The position numbers and the translations under genes are program-made. Positions 28,456-37,833 of a stretch of 47,432 bases of DNA are shown in pieces (position 1 is the first letter of the stretch; each line of letters opens with the position of its first letter). The notes under the pieces were generated by a model that was not told the origin of the DNA, searched no databases, and was given only the letters and a program-made list of their open reading frames with translations. The DNA lies in contig JBKJJJ010000095.1 of the NCBI GenBank assembly GCA_046598045.1, positions 1 through 47,432 of the forward strand. The letters are read 5' to 3'. This stretch comes from Candidatus Eiseniibacteriota bacterium (GTDB taxonomy: Bacteria; Eisenbacteria; RBG-16-71-46; DASYSL01).

Positions 28456-29373
28456 ATGCGACCGACGTACCGCGAAGAACCTTGCCGCTCGGCGCTCAAC
28501 CGCGTCGAGGGGATGCCGTTTCGCTGGTCCCTCAATCCCTACATGGGCTGCGCGCATCGTTGCGCGTTCTGCTACGTGCGCGCGTTCGAACGGCGCGCCG
28601 ACCGGCCGAGCGATGGGCGTTACGGCGCCGACGTGCGCGTGAAGACCAATTTCGTCGAGGTGCTTCGCGGCGAACTCGCCAGGCGATCGTGGGAGCGCGA
28701 GCCGGTGACGATCGGCGCCGCGACCGATCCCTACCAGCCGGCCGAGAGCTGCTATCACCTCACGCGCGGCGCGATCACCGCGCTCGCGGATGCATGGACC
28801 CCGTTCGACATCATCACGCGCGGGCCGATGATCGTGCGCGATCTCGACGTGCTCGCAGCAGCGGCGCGCCGGGTCCGCGTGCGCGTGCATGTCTCGATCA
28901 TCAGCCTCGACGAGCGGGTGTGGCGGGGACTCGAGCCGGGCGCGCCGTCGCCCCGGGCGCGGCTCAAGGCCGTGCGGGCGTTGAGCGATGCCGGGATCGA
29001 CGTCGGCATCGCGCTCGCACCGGTCCTGCCCGGCGTGACCGACGACCCGGCGTCGCTCGAGGCCGTGGTGCGCGCGGCGCGCGCGGTCGGGGCCGCTCGG
29101 GTCTGGGCGCGCGAGCTCTATCTCAAGGCCGGGACGAAGGAGCACTTCCTGGCTGCGCTCGAGCGCGGATGGCCCGGGGAGCGGGCGCGCTACGAGCGTC
29201 TCTACGCGCGCGGCGCCTACCTGCCGCGTTGCGAGGGCGAGCGCGTGCGCGCGGGCGTGCGCGCACTCGCACGGCGCCACGGGGTGGCGGACCGCCGCGT
29301 CATCCGGCTCGAGCCCACGGAGCCGCCGCCGCCTCCGCGCTCGGAGTCGACGCAGCTGGCGCTGGCCTTCTAG
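28456..29373 (+). CDS. Radical SAM protein (Rv2578c/SplB-like)
   Basis: WSLNPYMGCAHRCAFCY (CxxxCxxC), IGAATDPYQPAE, LEPGAPSP..RL. Confidence 0.88.
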   Translation: MRPTYREEPCRSALNRVEGMPFRWSLNPYMGCAHRCAFCYVRAFERRADRPSDGRYGADVRVKTNFVEVLRGELARRSWEREPVTIGAATDPYQPAESCYHLTRGAITALADAWTPFDIITRGPMIVRDLDVLAAAARRVRVRVHVSIISLDERVWRGLEPGAPSPRARLKAVRALSDAGIDVGIALAPVLPGVTDDPASLEAVVRAARAVGAARVWARELYLKAGTKEHFLAALERGWPGERARYERLYARGAYLPRCEGERVRAGVRALARRHGVADRRVIRLEPTEPPPPPRSESTQLALAF

Positions 29374-31163
29374 GGCTCGCGCGGTGTGTAGGGAAGGACG
29401 ATCGCCTCGGGGATGAGGCTGCGCCCGATCAGGTCCTGCGCGGCGCGCTGCGCCTCGGTCTCGCTGCCGTAACGGCCGAGCACGATCCGGTACCAGGTGA
29501 CGCCGTCGTCGCCGTCGTTGACGAGGATCTCGCCCGGCAAGTGCGTGACGTCGGTCATCTCCTTGAGCACGCGCGTGGCACGATTCGCAGTGCGGAAGGA
29601 GGCGACCTGGAAGCCGAACACCGACTTGCGCGCGGGAGCCGCGGCCGCCGGAGTCCCCGTTGCCCGATCCGGAGCAGAGGCGCTTCCGTTCGTGGTCGTG
29701 GCGGTGGGGGCCGGGGAGTCGCCGCGCGCGGTGGCGGCGCCCTTCTTGCCTACCAGGCCGGTGGAATAGAGCACGATCGCGACGATCGTGGCTGCGACCA
29801 CGGGGATCGCGAGCGCGATCAAGCGCGTGCGCCGCCCGTGCGCCTCCTCGTGGTCGTGCGTCGCGTGCGTAGGCTCCGCCTCGTAAGCCGGACCATGGGG
29901 CGCGCTCGACGCATAGACCGGAGTGGGAGCCGGCGGCGCCACGGGACGCGGCGTGAACACCACGGGCGTCGCTTGCGGGGGAGCGGCCACGGGAGCGACG
30001 ACCGGGGCGGGCGGCGCGGGCGCAGCGGGCTCTGGGACCGCTTCGGGCACGGGCGGCGCCGCGATCACGGGCGGGCGCTCGCGCCAGTTGCTCACGGTGC
30101 GCGGAGCTGCATTCGCGGTCGGCACGGGCGTCACGCGCGGAGGCGGTGGCGGCGCCAGCGGCCTCGGTGCGGGCGGTGGCGACGCGGTGACCGGTGTGGC
30201 CGCGGGCATCGGCGGCGCGGACGCAGGCGGCGGCGCGGGTGCTGGCGGAGGCGCGACGCGTGGCACCGGGGGCGGGAGCACGGTGCGCGTCAACGGCGGC
30301 AGCGGCGCGGGTCCTGGAGCGGCCGCAGGCTGGGGATCCTGCTCGCCGAGCACGCTCTGGAACGAGAACTCGTCGCTCACCGCGCGCACGTGCTCGGGGC
30401 GGACGGGACGCGTGTGCTCGACGAATGCATTCACCATCGCCTGACTGGCGACGATGTTGATCTCGCGCGGGATGCCGTGCGTCAGCCGGTGCACCGCGTA
30501 CGCGCTGTCGTCCGGAAAGATGCTCTCGGGCTCGCCGCCGGCGACGCGCAGGCGGTGGTGGATGTAGCGCACGCACTCCTCGGGCGACAGCGGACTGAGG
30601 CGGTACTTGACCGAGATGCGCTGGCGCAGCTGCCTTAGTTCGGGGCGGGCGAGCTTTTCCTCGAGTTCGGGCTGGCCGACGAGGCAGATGTGCAGCAGGT
30701 GGCCGCCCCGGTCATCGAGGTTCGACAGCAGGCGGATCTCCTCGAGCACGTCGTTCGAGAGGTTCTGAGCCTCGTCCACGATCAGGATGCAGGGCTCACC
30801 CTTGCCGTTGTGCGCCGAGAGCCGAAGCTCGAGCGCCGACAGGAGGGCGGGTTTCGACGGCGTGGCCGGCGGTTCGACGCCGAAGCGGCGTGCGATCTCC
30901 TCGAGCAGTTCCAGCCGCGTGAGCGCCGAGTTGTTGATCAGCGCGACGTGAGCCTGCTGGGGGAGGCGGCTCACCAGGTCGTAGATCGCGGTGGTCTTGC
31001 CCGTCCCGACCTCGCCGGTGACGAGCACGAATGCTTCGCGATTCTGGATGCCGTAACGGAAGTGAGCGACGGCCTCGAGGTGTTCCGGGCTCGGGTAGAC
31101 GAAGCGCGGATCGTGGCCGGTCGAAAACGGGTTTTCACGCAGCCCGAAATGGGGCTCGAACAT
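29370..31163 (-). CDS. ExeA/GspA-like AAA ATPase with Pro-rich linker, TM helix and C-terminal SPOR domain
   Basis: HFGLRENPF, Walker A GEVGTGKTT, ILIVDEAQNL, LVGQPEL, LRQRI, GIPREIN; PAP-rich linker; TM; FQVASFRT..YRIVLGRY. Confidence 0.87.
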   Translation of the reverse strand: MFEPHFGLRENPFSTGHDPRFVYPSPEHLEAVAHFRYGIQNREAFVLVTGEVGTGKTTAIYDLVSRLPQQAHVALINNSALTRLELLEEIARRFGVEPPATPSKPALLSALELRLSAHNGKGEPCILIVDEAQNLSNDVLEEIRLLSNLDDRGGHLLHICLVGQPELEEKLARPELRQLRQRISVKYRLSPLSPEECVRYIHHRLRVAGGEPESIFPDDSAYAVHRLTHGIPREINIVASQAMVNAFVEHTRPVRPEHVRAVSDEFSFQSVLGEQDPQPAAAPGPAPLPPLTRTVLPPPVPRVAPPPAPAPPPASAPPMPAATPVTASPPPAPRPLAPPPPPRVTPVPTANAAPRTVSNWRERPPVIAAPPVPEAVPEPAAPAPPAPVVAPVAAPPQATPVVFTPRPVAPPAPTPVYASSAPHGPAYEAEPTHATHDHEEAHGRRTRLIALAIPVVAATIVAIVLYSTGLVGKKGAATARGDSPAPTATTTNGSASAPDRATGTPAAAAPARKSVFGFQVASFRTANRATRVLKEMTDVTHLPGEILVNDGDDGVTWYRIVLGRYGSETEAQRAAQDLIGRSLIPEAIVLPYTPREP

Positions 31164-31201
31164 GGAGTTCTCCGGGAGATCGCCTGGACGCGCCGCTTTC
31201 C

Positions 31202-31230
31202 GTTATCGGCTGCGTCGCCCCGGGGCTGAA
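31202..31230 (-). promoter_or_regulatory. Putative sigma28-type promoter of the ExeA-like gene
   Basis: Minus strand TTCAG-N15-GCCGATAAC, ~40 nt upstream of the ATG. Confidence 0.5.
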
Positions 31231-31270
31231 GCCGGGGCCAGTCCACCCCGGGGGGGTTGCGGGGCCGCGC

Positions 31271-31906
31271 TCATTGTAATCGCTGGGGCCGCTGCGCGCT
31301 ACGGGCGCGCGCGGGGCGCCCGGCGAGGATCTCGCGGCCCTCGGGGCTGGCCGCGAGCAGCGTGTCGACATCGAGGCAGGCCGTGAGCTCGATGCCCGCG
31401 GCGGCAAGCGCCTCGCGCCCGCCCGCGCGCCGGTCCACCACGCACCAGGCGCGGGTCACGATCGCGCCCTGGGCGCGGGCGGCGAGCGCGGCCTTGAGTG
31501 CGGACTCGCCGCTCGTGCACACGTCCTCGACCACCAGCGCGTTCGTGCCCGGGGAGAGGTTGCCCTCGATCATGTTCTCCGCGCCGTGCACCTTCTGGGC
31601 CTTGCGCACGAGGAAGGCGTCGAGCTCGACGCCGCGCGCGCGCCCTTCGAGCAGCGTCGCCACGACGATCGGATCGGCCCCGAGCGTGAGCCCGCCGACG
31701 GCCCCGATCCTGCCTTCCGCCAGGTCTCCGGCGTAGGCGTCACACACCAGGGCGCCGATCGTGGCGGCGCCCTCGGCATCGAGGCTGGTCTTGCGCACGT
31801 CGACGTAGAACGGGCTGGTGGCGCCCGAAGCGAGCGTGAACTGCCCGAACCGCACCGAGCGGCGGAGCAGGATCTCGATCAGTCGGGCGCGGACGTCGGG
31901 CGACAT
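31271..31906 (-). CDS. pyrE: Orotate phosphoribosyltransferase
   Basis: RBS GGAGG; FTLASGATSPFYVDVR, GGLTLGADP, VRK..K.HG, PRPP motif VVEDVCTSG. Confidence 0.93.
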   Translation of the reverse strand: MSPDVRARLIEILLRRSVRFGQFTLASGATSPFYVDVRKTSLDAEGAATIGALVCDAYAGDLAEGRIGAVGGLTLGADPIVVATLLEGRARGVELDAFLVRKAQKVHGAENMIEGNLSPGTNALVVEDVCTSGESALKAALAARAQGAIVTRAWCVVDRRAGGREALAAAGIELTACLDVDTLLAASPEGREILAGRPARARSAQRPQRLQ

Positions 31907-31975
31907 GGGACCTCCGAGTGGCACTGGGGACGGCGCACTCTAGCCCGCGCCCGCCCGGGGCTGCAAGGCGCCGCC

Positions 31976-32005
31976 TTGACCCGATGGCCCCGACGCGCCT
32001 ACTCT
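31976..32005 (+). promoter_or_regulatory. Putative sigma70 promoter of the S8 protease, divergent from a pyrE promoter
   Basis: TTGACC-N18-TACTCT; the opposite strand just upstream has TTGCAG-N18-TAGAGT. Confidence 0.5.
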
Positions 32006-32047
32006 CATGTCTGTCTGGGCAACCCCCTTTGACCTTGGAGATCTTGC

Positions 32048-35000
32048 ATGCCCGGGCTCTTGCGCCATCCGTTTCGTGCGCTGGGCGCCTTCGTGCTCGG
32101 CGCCCTCTTGCTGTCCGCGCCAGCCGACCGCGCCGCGGCCGCGCCGCGCGTGCTCGACCTGCCGCTCTACGAACCGGCGCGCGGGCTCACGCAGACTCCC
32201 GCCTATGCTTCCCACAAGTTCGTGCTCGAACTCGAGCCGGTCGGTCCGCGTCTTGTGGCCGGCGCGCCGGCGGGGCTCAAGGGTGCGCCGGCCTCCGTCG
32301 CCGAGGCGGCGCTGTCGATCCGCCCCGACGCCACCGGTGTGAGCGCGATCGACGCGCTCGATCGCCAGTTCGGCGTCGCGGCGCTCGAGCCGCTGTTCCC
32401 CGGCGAGAGCGCACCCGAGGCGGGCTCGCTGCTCGAGGACCTGACGCGCTTCTACGTCGTCCACCTGCCCGACGGCGCGGACCTCGCCTTGGCGCTCACC
32501 GCGTACGAGAGGGCCGCCGGAGTCAAGAGCGCGCAACCGGTCGCGATCATGCCGCTGTCCTACCTGCCGAACGATCCCGGGCGCGTGAACCAGTACCAGC
32601 TCGGCCAGGCGAACGACCGCGACAGCGATGTCTACGAGGCCTGGGACACCTTCAAGGGCGACACCTCGATCGTGATCGCGATCGTCGACACCGGCGTCCA
32701 GTACAACCATCCCGACCTCGGTGGCCCGGCTCCGTACACGGGCGGAAACATCTGGACCAACTACGCTGAGCTCGGCGGTACGCCCGGCGTGGACGACGAC
32801 GGCAACGGCTTCGTCGACGACTACCGCGGCTGGGACTTCGTGATCGCGGTTGCCGGCGCCGCGGGCGAGGATTTGACCACGCCCGACAATGACCCCTCGG
32901 ACTACGTCGGACACGGCACGTTCTGCGCGGGCATGGCGAGCGCCCGCACCGACAACAGCACGGGGATCGCGGGGACTGCGTTCAAGTCGAAGATCATGGC
33001 GCTGCGCGCGGGCTGGGACGACGGGTCGCCGGCCGGGGGCGTGGTCGACATGAGCTGGTGCGCGCAGGCGATCAACTACGCGGTGGCCAAGGGCGCGAAG
33101 GTCATCAATTGTTCGTGGTCGAACAACAACCTGAACGCGCTCCAGCTCGCGGTCTCGAACGCGATCACCAAGGGCGTCACCGTGTGCGTCGCCGCGGGCA
33201 ACGACAACTCGGAGAGCCAGGCCGCGAACTACCTGTCGACGCGCGGGGACTGCGTCGACGTCGCGGCGACCGACAACTTCGACGTCAAGGCGACGTTTTC
33301 CAGTTTCGGTTCGTGGATCGACGTCGCGGCCGCGGGCGTCAACATGTACTCGACGTATTCGAACCACTACGCGCCGACCTATGCGACCGGCGGTGGGACG
33401 TCGTTCTCGTCACCGTTTGCCGCCGGTGCAGTGGCGCTCTTCCAGGGCTATCGCCGCTCACTCGGGTTGCCGCTGTACTCTTCCACCCGCATGTTGCTTC
33501 GGCTGCGCGACACGGGCGACAACATCGATGCCTACAACGCGGGGTACGCAGGGGCGCTCGGCTCCCGGCTCAACGTCAATCGCCTGCTCACGGACCCGCC
33601 GACCTCGTGGGTGGACGGGCTCGGAGGCGCCTGTTCGACTTCGCCCGCGATCGCGGACCTCGACGGCGACGGCGACGACGAGATCGTCGTCGGCGCGAGC
33701 GACGGCAAGCTGCTGGCCGTGGGCGGCGCCGACGGCGACACGATTCCGGGCTGGCCGGTCGGGCTCGCCTCGAGCATCAACTCGAACCCGGCGGTGTGGG
33801 ACGTCGACCAGGATGGCCTCCCGGAAATCGTGGTGGGCACGAACGCGGGCAAGGTGTGGGCGGTCCATGGCAACGGGTCGACCGGCGTCACGGGCTGGCC
33901 CGTGCAGCTCGCGGGTGGGATCTACGGCGGCCCCGCGGTCGGCGAGCTCGATCCCGCGGTTGCCGGCCTCGAGTGCGCGGTCGTGACCGACCTCGGGAAC
34001 GTCTACGTGATCGACCACAACGGGACGATCCGTCCCGGCTGGCCGAAGCACGTCAACGGGACGATCTACGCCACGCCCGCGCTGCATGACTTCGACGGCG
34101 ACGGCGAAGCCGAGATCGTGGTCGGCGCCTACGACTCGACGCTCTACATGTGGCACGGCGATGGTTCGGCGGTCGCCGGGTGGCCGATTCGCCTCGGCGC
34201 GGAGATCTATTCCTCGGCCGCGATCGGCGACGTGGACCACGACGGCGCGGCCGACGTGATCGTCGGCTGCTTCAACGCGAAGGTCTACGGTTTCCACTTC
34301 GACGGTTCTCCGCTCGCCGGCTGGCCGGTCACGGTCGCGGGCGCCGCCCGCTCGTCACCGGCGCTCGCGGACCTCTACGGCAACGACAGCCTGCTCGAGG
34401 TCGCGATCGCGTCGGACGGGCCGACGGTCTATGTGATCCAGGGCAACGGCACGTTCGTCCCGGGCTGGCCGCGCGGGATCGGCGGCAACGTCACCGGTGG
34501 CGTCGTCGTCGGCAACATGGACACCGATGCGGCGCTCGAGCTGGCGGTGGGCGCGAGCGACAAGAACATCTACGCCTTCAACGCCGACGGCTCGGACCTC
34601 GCCGGGTTTCCACGGGCGTACGAGGGGGTGATCAACGGCACGCCGAGCCTCGGCGACCCCGACCGCGACGGCCGCGTTGAGCTCGTGTTCGGCGACCAGA
34701 GCAAGCGCGTTCGCGCAGTCGATCTCGGGCCGGGCTCGTTCAATGCCGGGCTCATGCCCTGGCCCACGATGCACCGCGACATGCTGCGCCGCGGCAGTGT
34801 GTCGAACCTGCCGGTTGCGGTCGGGCCCGGCGGCGTGTCGGGCCGGGTGGGCCTCGCCTTCGCGTTCGCGCCGAACCCTGCCAGGGGCGCGGTGCGGATC
34901 GCGATCTCGCGCGACGTCCGCGTGGCCGCGGCCGACCCGGACGCGCCGGTCGGCGTGCGGCTCTACACCGTCGGCGGTCGCCTCGCGCGGACGCTCACGC

Positions 35001-35143
35001 TCCCCGCAACGAGCGGGCCGAACGCGACGCTGCTGTGGGACGGCAGGGACGAGGCGGGAAACCTCACGCCGGCCGGGCTCTACTTTGCGCACGCCACCTG
35101 GGGCCGCGCGACGGCACGAGCCCGGCTGGTGCGCCTGCCGTAG
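32048..35143 (+). CDS. Secreted S8 (subtilisin-like) serine protease with FG-GAP/VCBS repeats and FlgD-Ig/T9SS-like CTD
   Basis: Signal peptide; triad AIVDTG / GHGTFCAG / GTSFSSP; AAGN; about eight DxDxDG..EIVVG repeats; APNPARG..YTVGGRL..WDGRDEAG..AGLYF. Confidence 0.9.
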   Translation: MPGLLRHPFRALGAFVLGALLLSAPADRAAAAPRVLDLPLYEPARGLTQTPAYASHKFVLELEPVGPRLVAGAPAGLKGAPASVAEAALSIRPDATGVSAIDALDRQFGVAALEPLFPGESAPEAGSLLEDLTRFYVVHLPDGADLALALTAYERAAGVKSAQPVAIMPLSYLPNDPGRVNQYQLGQANDRDSDVYEAWDTFKGDTSIVIAIVDTGVQYNHPDLGGPAPYTGGNIWTNYAELGGTPGVDDDGNGFVDDYRGWDFVIAVAGAAGEDLTTPDNDPSDYVGHGTFCAGMASARTDNSTGIAGTAFKSKIMALRAGWDDGSPAGGVVDMSWCAQAINYAVAKGAKVINCSWSNNNLNALQLAVSNAITKGVTVCVAAGNDNSESQAANYLSTRGDCVDVAATDNFDVKATFSSFGSWIDVAAAGVNMYSTYSNHYAPTYATGGGTSFSSPFAAGAVALFQGYRRSLGLPLYSSTRMLLRLRDTGDNIDAYNAGYAGALGSRLNVNRLLTDPPTSWVDGLGGACSTSPAIADLDGDGDDEIVVGASDGKLLAVGGADGDTIPGWPVGLASSINSNPAVWDVDQDGLPEIVVGTNAGKVWAVHGNGSTGVTGWPVQLAGGIYGGPAVGELDPAVAGLECAVVTDLGNVYVIDHNGTIRPGWPKHVNGTIYATPALHDFDGDGEAEIVVGAYDSTLYMWHGDGSAVAGWPIRLGAEIYSSAAIGDVDHDGAADVIVGCFNAKVYGFHFDGSPLAGWPVTVAGAARSSPALADLYGNDSLLEVAIASDGPTVYVIQGNGTFVPGWPRGIGGNVTGGVVVGNMDTDAALELAVGASDKNIYAFNADGSDLAGFPRAYEGVINGTPSLGDPDRDGRVELVFGDQSKRVRAVDLGPGSFNAGLMPWPTMHRDMLRRGSVSNLPVAVGPGGVSGRVGLAFAFAPNPARGAVRIAISRDVRVAAADPDAPVGVRLYTVGGRLARTLTLPATSGPNATLLWDGRDEAGNLTPAGLYFAHATWGRATARARLVRLP

Positions 35144-35167
35144 CGCAGCCGAGGGCCCTGGAAAGCG

Positions 35168-35202
35168 AAAAGGGGGAGGGCGCCTCGCGGCGACCTCCCC
35201 CT
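35168..35202 (-). terminator. Rho-independent terminator between convergent genes
   Basis: Stem AGGGGGAGG-G-CGCC/GGCG-A-CCTCCCCCT, GCGA loop on the minus strand followed by TTTT. Confidence 0.7.
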
Positions 35203-35221
35203 CGAATTTGTGCGGATGGAC

Positions 35222-35686
35222 TCAGCGTCCGCGCGGGGCCTGCTCGATGCCCGGATCGCCCGTGTCCATCGTGTTCCCGAGCGAGGCCGCCGGAGCGGTG
35301 GCCTGCAGCGCGCCCGAAGCCGCGCTGCTGTTCGCGCTCGTGTCGACGGCCTTGACGCGATACCAGGAGGCCTCGGCGCCCGCATCGGCCACCAGGTACT
35401 CGGTGCCCGTGATGATCGCGCTGTTGACCTTGACGTACGAGTTCTCGCGCGCCGGATCGGGCTGGTAACGATAGACGTTGTAGCCCGCCACGTCGGCGTC
35501 GGCGCTGGCGTCCCACGAGAGGACCAGCGCGCCGTCGCGGGCTTCGGCCTGGAGGCTCGTCGGCGCACCAGGCGCGGTGGCGTCCAGTCCCGAAAGCGCG
35601 GCGACCGGGTTGTCGGTGGTGCAGCCCGCGACCGCGAAGGCCGAGATGGCGAGGACGGCGACGGAAAGCATGCGGCGAAGCGACAT
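35222..35686 (-). CDS. Lipoprotein with fibronectin type III-like domain
   Basis: MSLRRMLSVAVLAISAFAVAG|C lipobox; PGAPTSL..LVLSWDAS..DVAGYNVYR..YRVKAVDTSANSS. Confidence 0.8.
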   Translation of the reverse strand: MSLRRMLSVAVLAISAFAVAGCTTDNPVAALSGLDATAPGAPTSLQAEARDGALVLSWDASADADVAGYNVYRYQPDPARENSYVKVNSAIITGTEYLVADAGAEASWYRVKAVDTSANSSAASGALQATAPAASLGNTMDTGDPGIEQAPRGR

Positions 35687-35774
35687 GGCGGGGGAACCTC
35701 CGTGTTGTGACCGTGACCGGGGACCATCCCTGGCATCAGCGAGCCTCCGGTTCGAGGCGTCGGGCGGATGCATC

Positions 35775-35789
35775 GCAATCGCCGTGCCA
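35775..35789 (-). promoter_or_regulatory. sigma54 promoter of the FN3 lipoprotein
   Basis: Minus strand TGGCACG-GCGA-TTGC, an exact -24/-12 consensus. Confidence 0.75.
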
Positions 35790-35865
35790 CCCCGCCGCCC
35801 GCGGCCCGCCCGACTCCCGGGCGACCTCATCCTTCGCCTCGGGAGACTCGCGCAACGCCGCGCTG

Positions 35866-36006
35866 CGCAGGCTGCAACGGGGATCGCCCTCCGCCCGATC
35901 GAAACGCATTCCCGCCCCCGGGTCGACCACGGCCGTCCCCGCTGGGGCGGCCGGGCCCCGTGCAGAATGCAGGGACCGTGGCGCGCCCGAAACGCAGGCT
36001 GCAACG
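35866..36006. repeat. 14-bp direct repeat (two copies) upstream of the sigma54 promoter
   Basis: CGCAGGCTGCAACG at 35866-35879 and 35993-36006. Confidence 0.7.
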
Positions 36007-36014
36007 CCCTTGAC

Positions 36015-36044
36015 TTGACCCCCGGACCGAACCGCTGATAGGTT
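36015..36044 (+). promoter_or_regulatory. Putative sigma70 promoter of the M23-dnaE-accA unit (leaderless)
   Basis: TTGACC-N18-TAGGTT, 6 nt before GTG 36051. Confidence 0.5.
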
Positions 36045-36050
36045 GCCCGG

Positions 36051-37826
36051 GTGCGCGCTATCAGATTGTGCAGTTTGAGTTTAGCGATATCGATCGTGCT
36101 GGTCTCGGAAACCCCGGCCGCGGTTCGCCGGGCGGCCCACCAACCGGCGCCCGCCCGGCGAGTCGCCGCGCCGCTCCTCGGGGCCCAGGACGGCTACGTC
36201 GCCCCCCTCGAGGCCTCACCCGGGCTGGCGTCGGGCTTCGGCGAATTTCGCGACGCGCATTTCCACGCCGGGCTCGACTACTCCACGGAGCAGGTGGAGG
36301 GCAAGCCGGTGCGCGCGGTGATGGACGGCTGGGTCGAGCGCGTGCGCGCTTCGGGCGTCGGCTACGGCCGCGCGATCTACCTGAGGCTCGAGGATGGCCG
36401 CACCGCGGTGTATGGCCACCTCTCGCTGTTCGCGCCGACGCTCGAGGCCTGGGTTGCCGCGCGACAGGACAGCGCCGGCCAGTTCGAACAGGACCTCGTG
36501 CCCCAGCCGGATGAACTCGCGTTCCATCGCGGCGAGGTGATTGCCTGGTCCGGGCAGAGCGGGGCCGGGCCGCCACACTTGCACTTCGAGTTGCGCCAGG
36601 GCGACGTCAACCTCAACCCGCTCAAGCACGGCTTCGGGCTGCCCGACGCCACGCCGCCGACCCTCGCCGCGGTGCGGCTCACGCACGCCGATCCCCTGCG
36701 CGCGCCCGGGACCTCGGTGACGACGTTGCGGGCGGGTGGTGTCGCGCCCGAGGTGACCGTGACCTCGCCGTTCACGCTCGCGCTTTCGACCTGGGACACG
36801 ATGGACGGGCGGCCGAACCGGCTGCCGACGTGGCGGCTCGAGGCTTTTCTCGACGGCCGGCCGGCGTTCGACGCGGTCCTCGACTCGATCTCGTGGGACT
36901 TCGCGGTCGAGGTCGAGCGCATCTACGACTACGCGCGCACGCTCGCCGGGCAGGACACCTGGCGCGCGCTGGAATTGCTCCCCACGTATCACTCGGGGGT
37001 GATTCACCGGGGGCCGCCGGTGTGGGCGCTCACTCCGGGCACGCACCGCTTCTCGTTCACGGCCACCGACGAGGCGGGCAATCGCGCGACGCGCGAGCTC
37101 GACGTGCGCGTGCTCGCCGCCGCGCGCGCGCCCTTGGCGTGGCGCGATACCAAGGGAATGGTGCGCTGCTCGCCGGCCGCCGCGTGCACGCTCGCGGCGG
37201 AGCAGGCCGGGTTCCGCGTGCGGCTCGTGATCCCGCGCGGCTCGCCCTACGCGCCCGAGGTCCTCTCCTACGGTGCGTCCCCGGCCGTCGTGGCCCCGAG
37301 CGGATTGGTTTCGGCCTCACCGGCGCTCGATTTCGGCCCGCACGACCTGGTCCTGCGCTGGCCGGCGATCGTGTCGGGCAGCGACCCCGATGTCGCCGGC
37401 GGGGGGCTCCAGCCGCGCGGGTTGTTCGTCCGCCAGGAGCGTTCGTGGTCGTTGGTCGCGGCGCTCGACTCGCTGGGCGACTTCCAGGGGGAGTGCCGGC
37501 GGTTCGGCGCGTTCGCCGTGTTCGCGGACACGACGCGGCCGAAGATCGTCCCAGCGGCGTCGTATCTTTGGCCGTCGGCCGCGCCCGACGCTGCACTGCC
37601 CGCGATCTCGGCCGGGATGCGGGACCAGGGCGCCGGTCTCTCGGCACGCGTGCAGGCGATCTACGTCGACGGCCGCCGCGTGCCCGCCGCCTACGATCCC
37701 GAGGCCGCGCGGATCACGTGGCGAGCGCGCAAGCGACTCGCTGCCGGGCATCACGAGGTGCGCTTCGAGGCGGTCGATCGCCTGGGCAATCGCGCTGTCG
37801 CCAGAGTGCCGTTGGAGGTAGAGTAG
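36051..37826 (+). CDS. Secreted M23 family metallopeptidase with C-terminal Ig-like domains
   Basis: Signal peptide; FGEFR..HFHAGLD (HxxxD), YGRAIYL, YGHL, SG.SG..PPHLHFE (HxH). Confidence 0.85.
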   Translation: MRAIRLCSLSLAISIVLVSETPAAVRRAAHQPAPARRVAAPLLGAQDGYVAPLEASPGLASGFGEFRDAHFHAGLDYSTEQVEGKPVRAVMDGWVERVRASGVGYGRAIYLRLEDGRTAVYGHLSLFAPTLEAWVAARQDSAGQFEQDLVPQPDELAFHRGEVIAWSGQSGAGPPHLHFELRQGDVNLNPLKHGFGLPDATPPTLAAVRLTHADPLRAPGTSVTTLRAGGVAPEVTVTSPFTLALSTWDTMDGRPNRLPTWRLEAFLDGRPAFDAVLDSISWDFAVEVERIYDYARTLAGQDTWRALELLPTYHSGVIHRGPPVWALTPGTHRFSFTATDEAGNRATRELDVRVLAAARAPLAWRDTKGMVRCSPAAACTLAAEQAGFRVRLVIPRGSPYAPEVLSYGASPAVVAPSGLVSASPALDFGPHDLVLRWPAIVSGSDPDVAGGGLQPRGLFVRQERSWSLVAALDSLGDFQGECRRFGAFAVFADTTRPKIVPAASYLWPSAAPDAALPAISAGMRDQGAGLSARVQAIYVDGRRVPAAYDPEAARITWRARKRLAAGHHEVRFEAVDRLGNRAVARVPLEVE

Positions 37827-37833
37827 CCGCGCC

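Noticed and set aside
31217..31238. GC hairpin GCCCCGG-N8-CCGGGGC between pyrE and the ExeA-like gene as a REP or terminator
   Set aside because: Single copy with no U-tract, overlapping the putative sigma28 promoter; such stems are common at this GC content.
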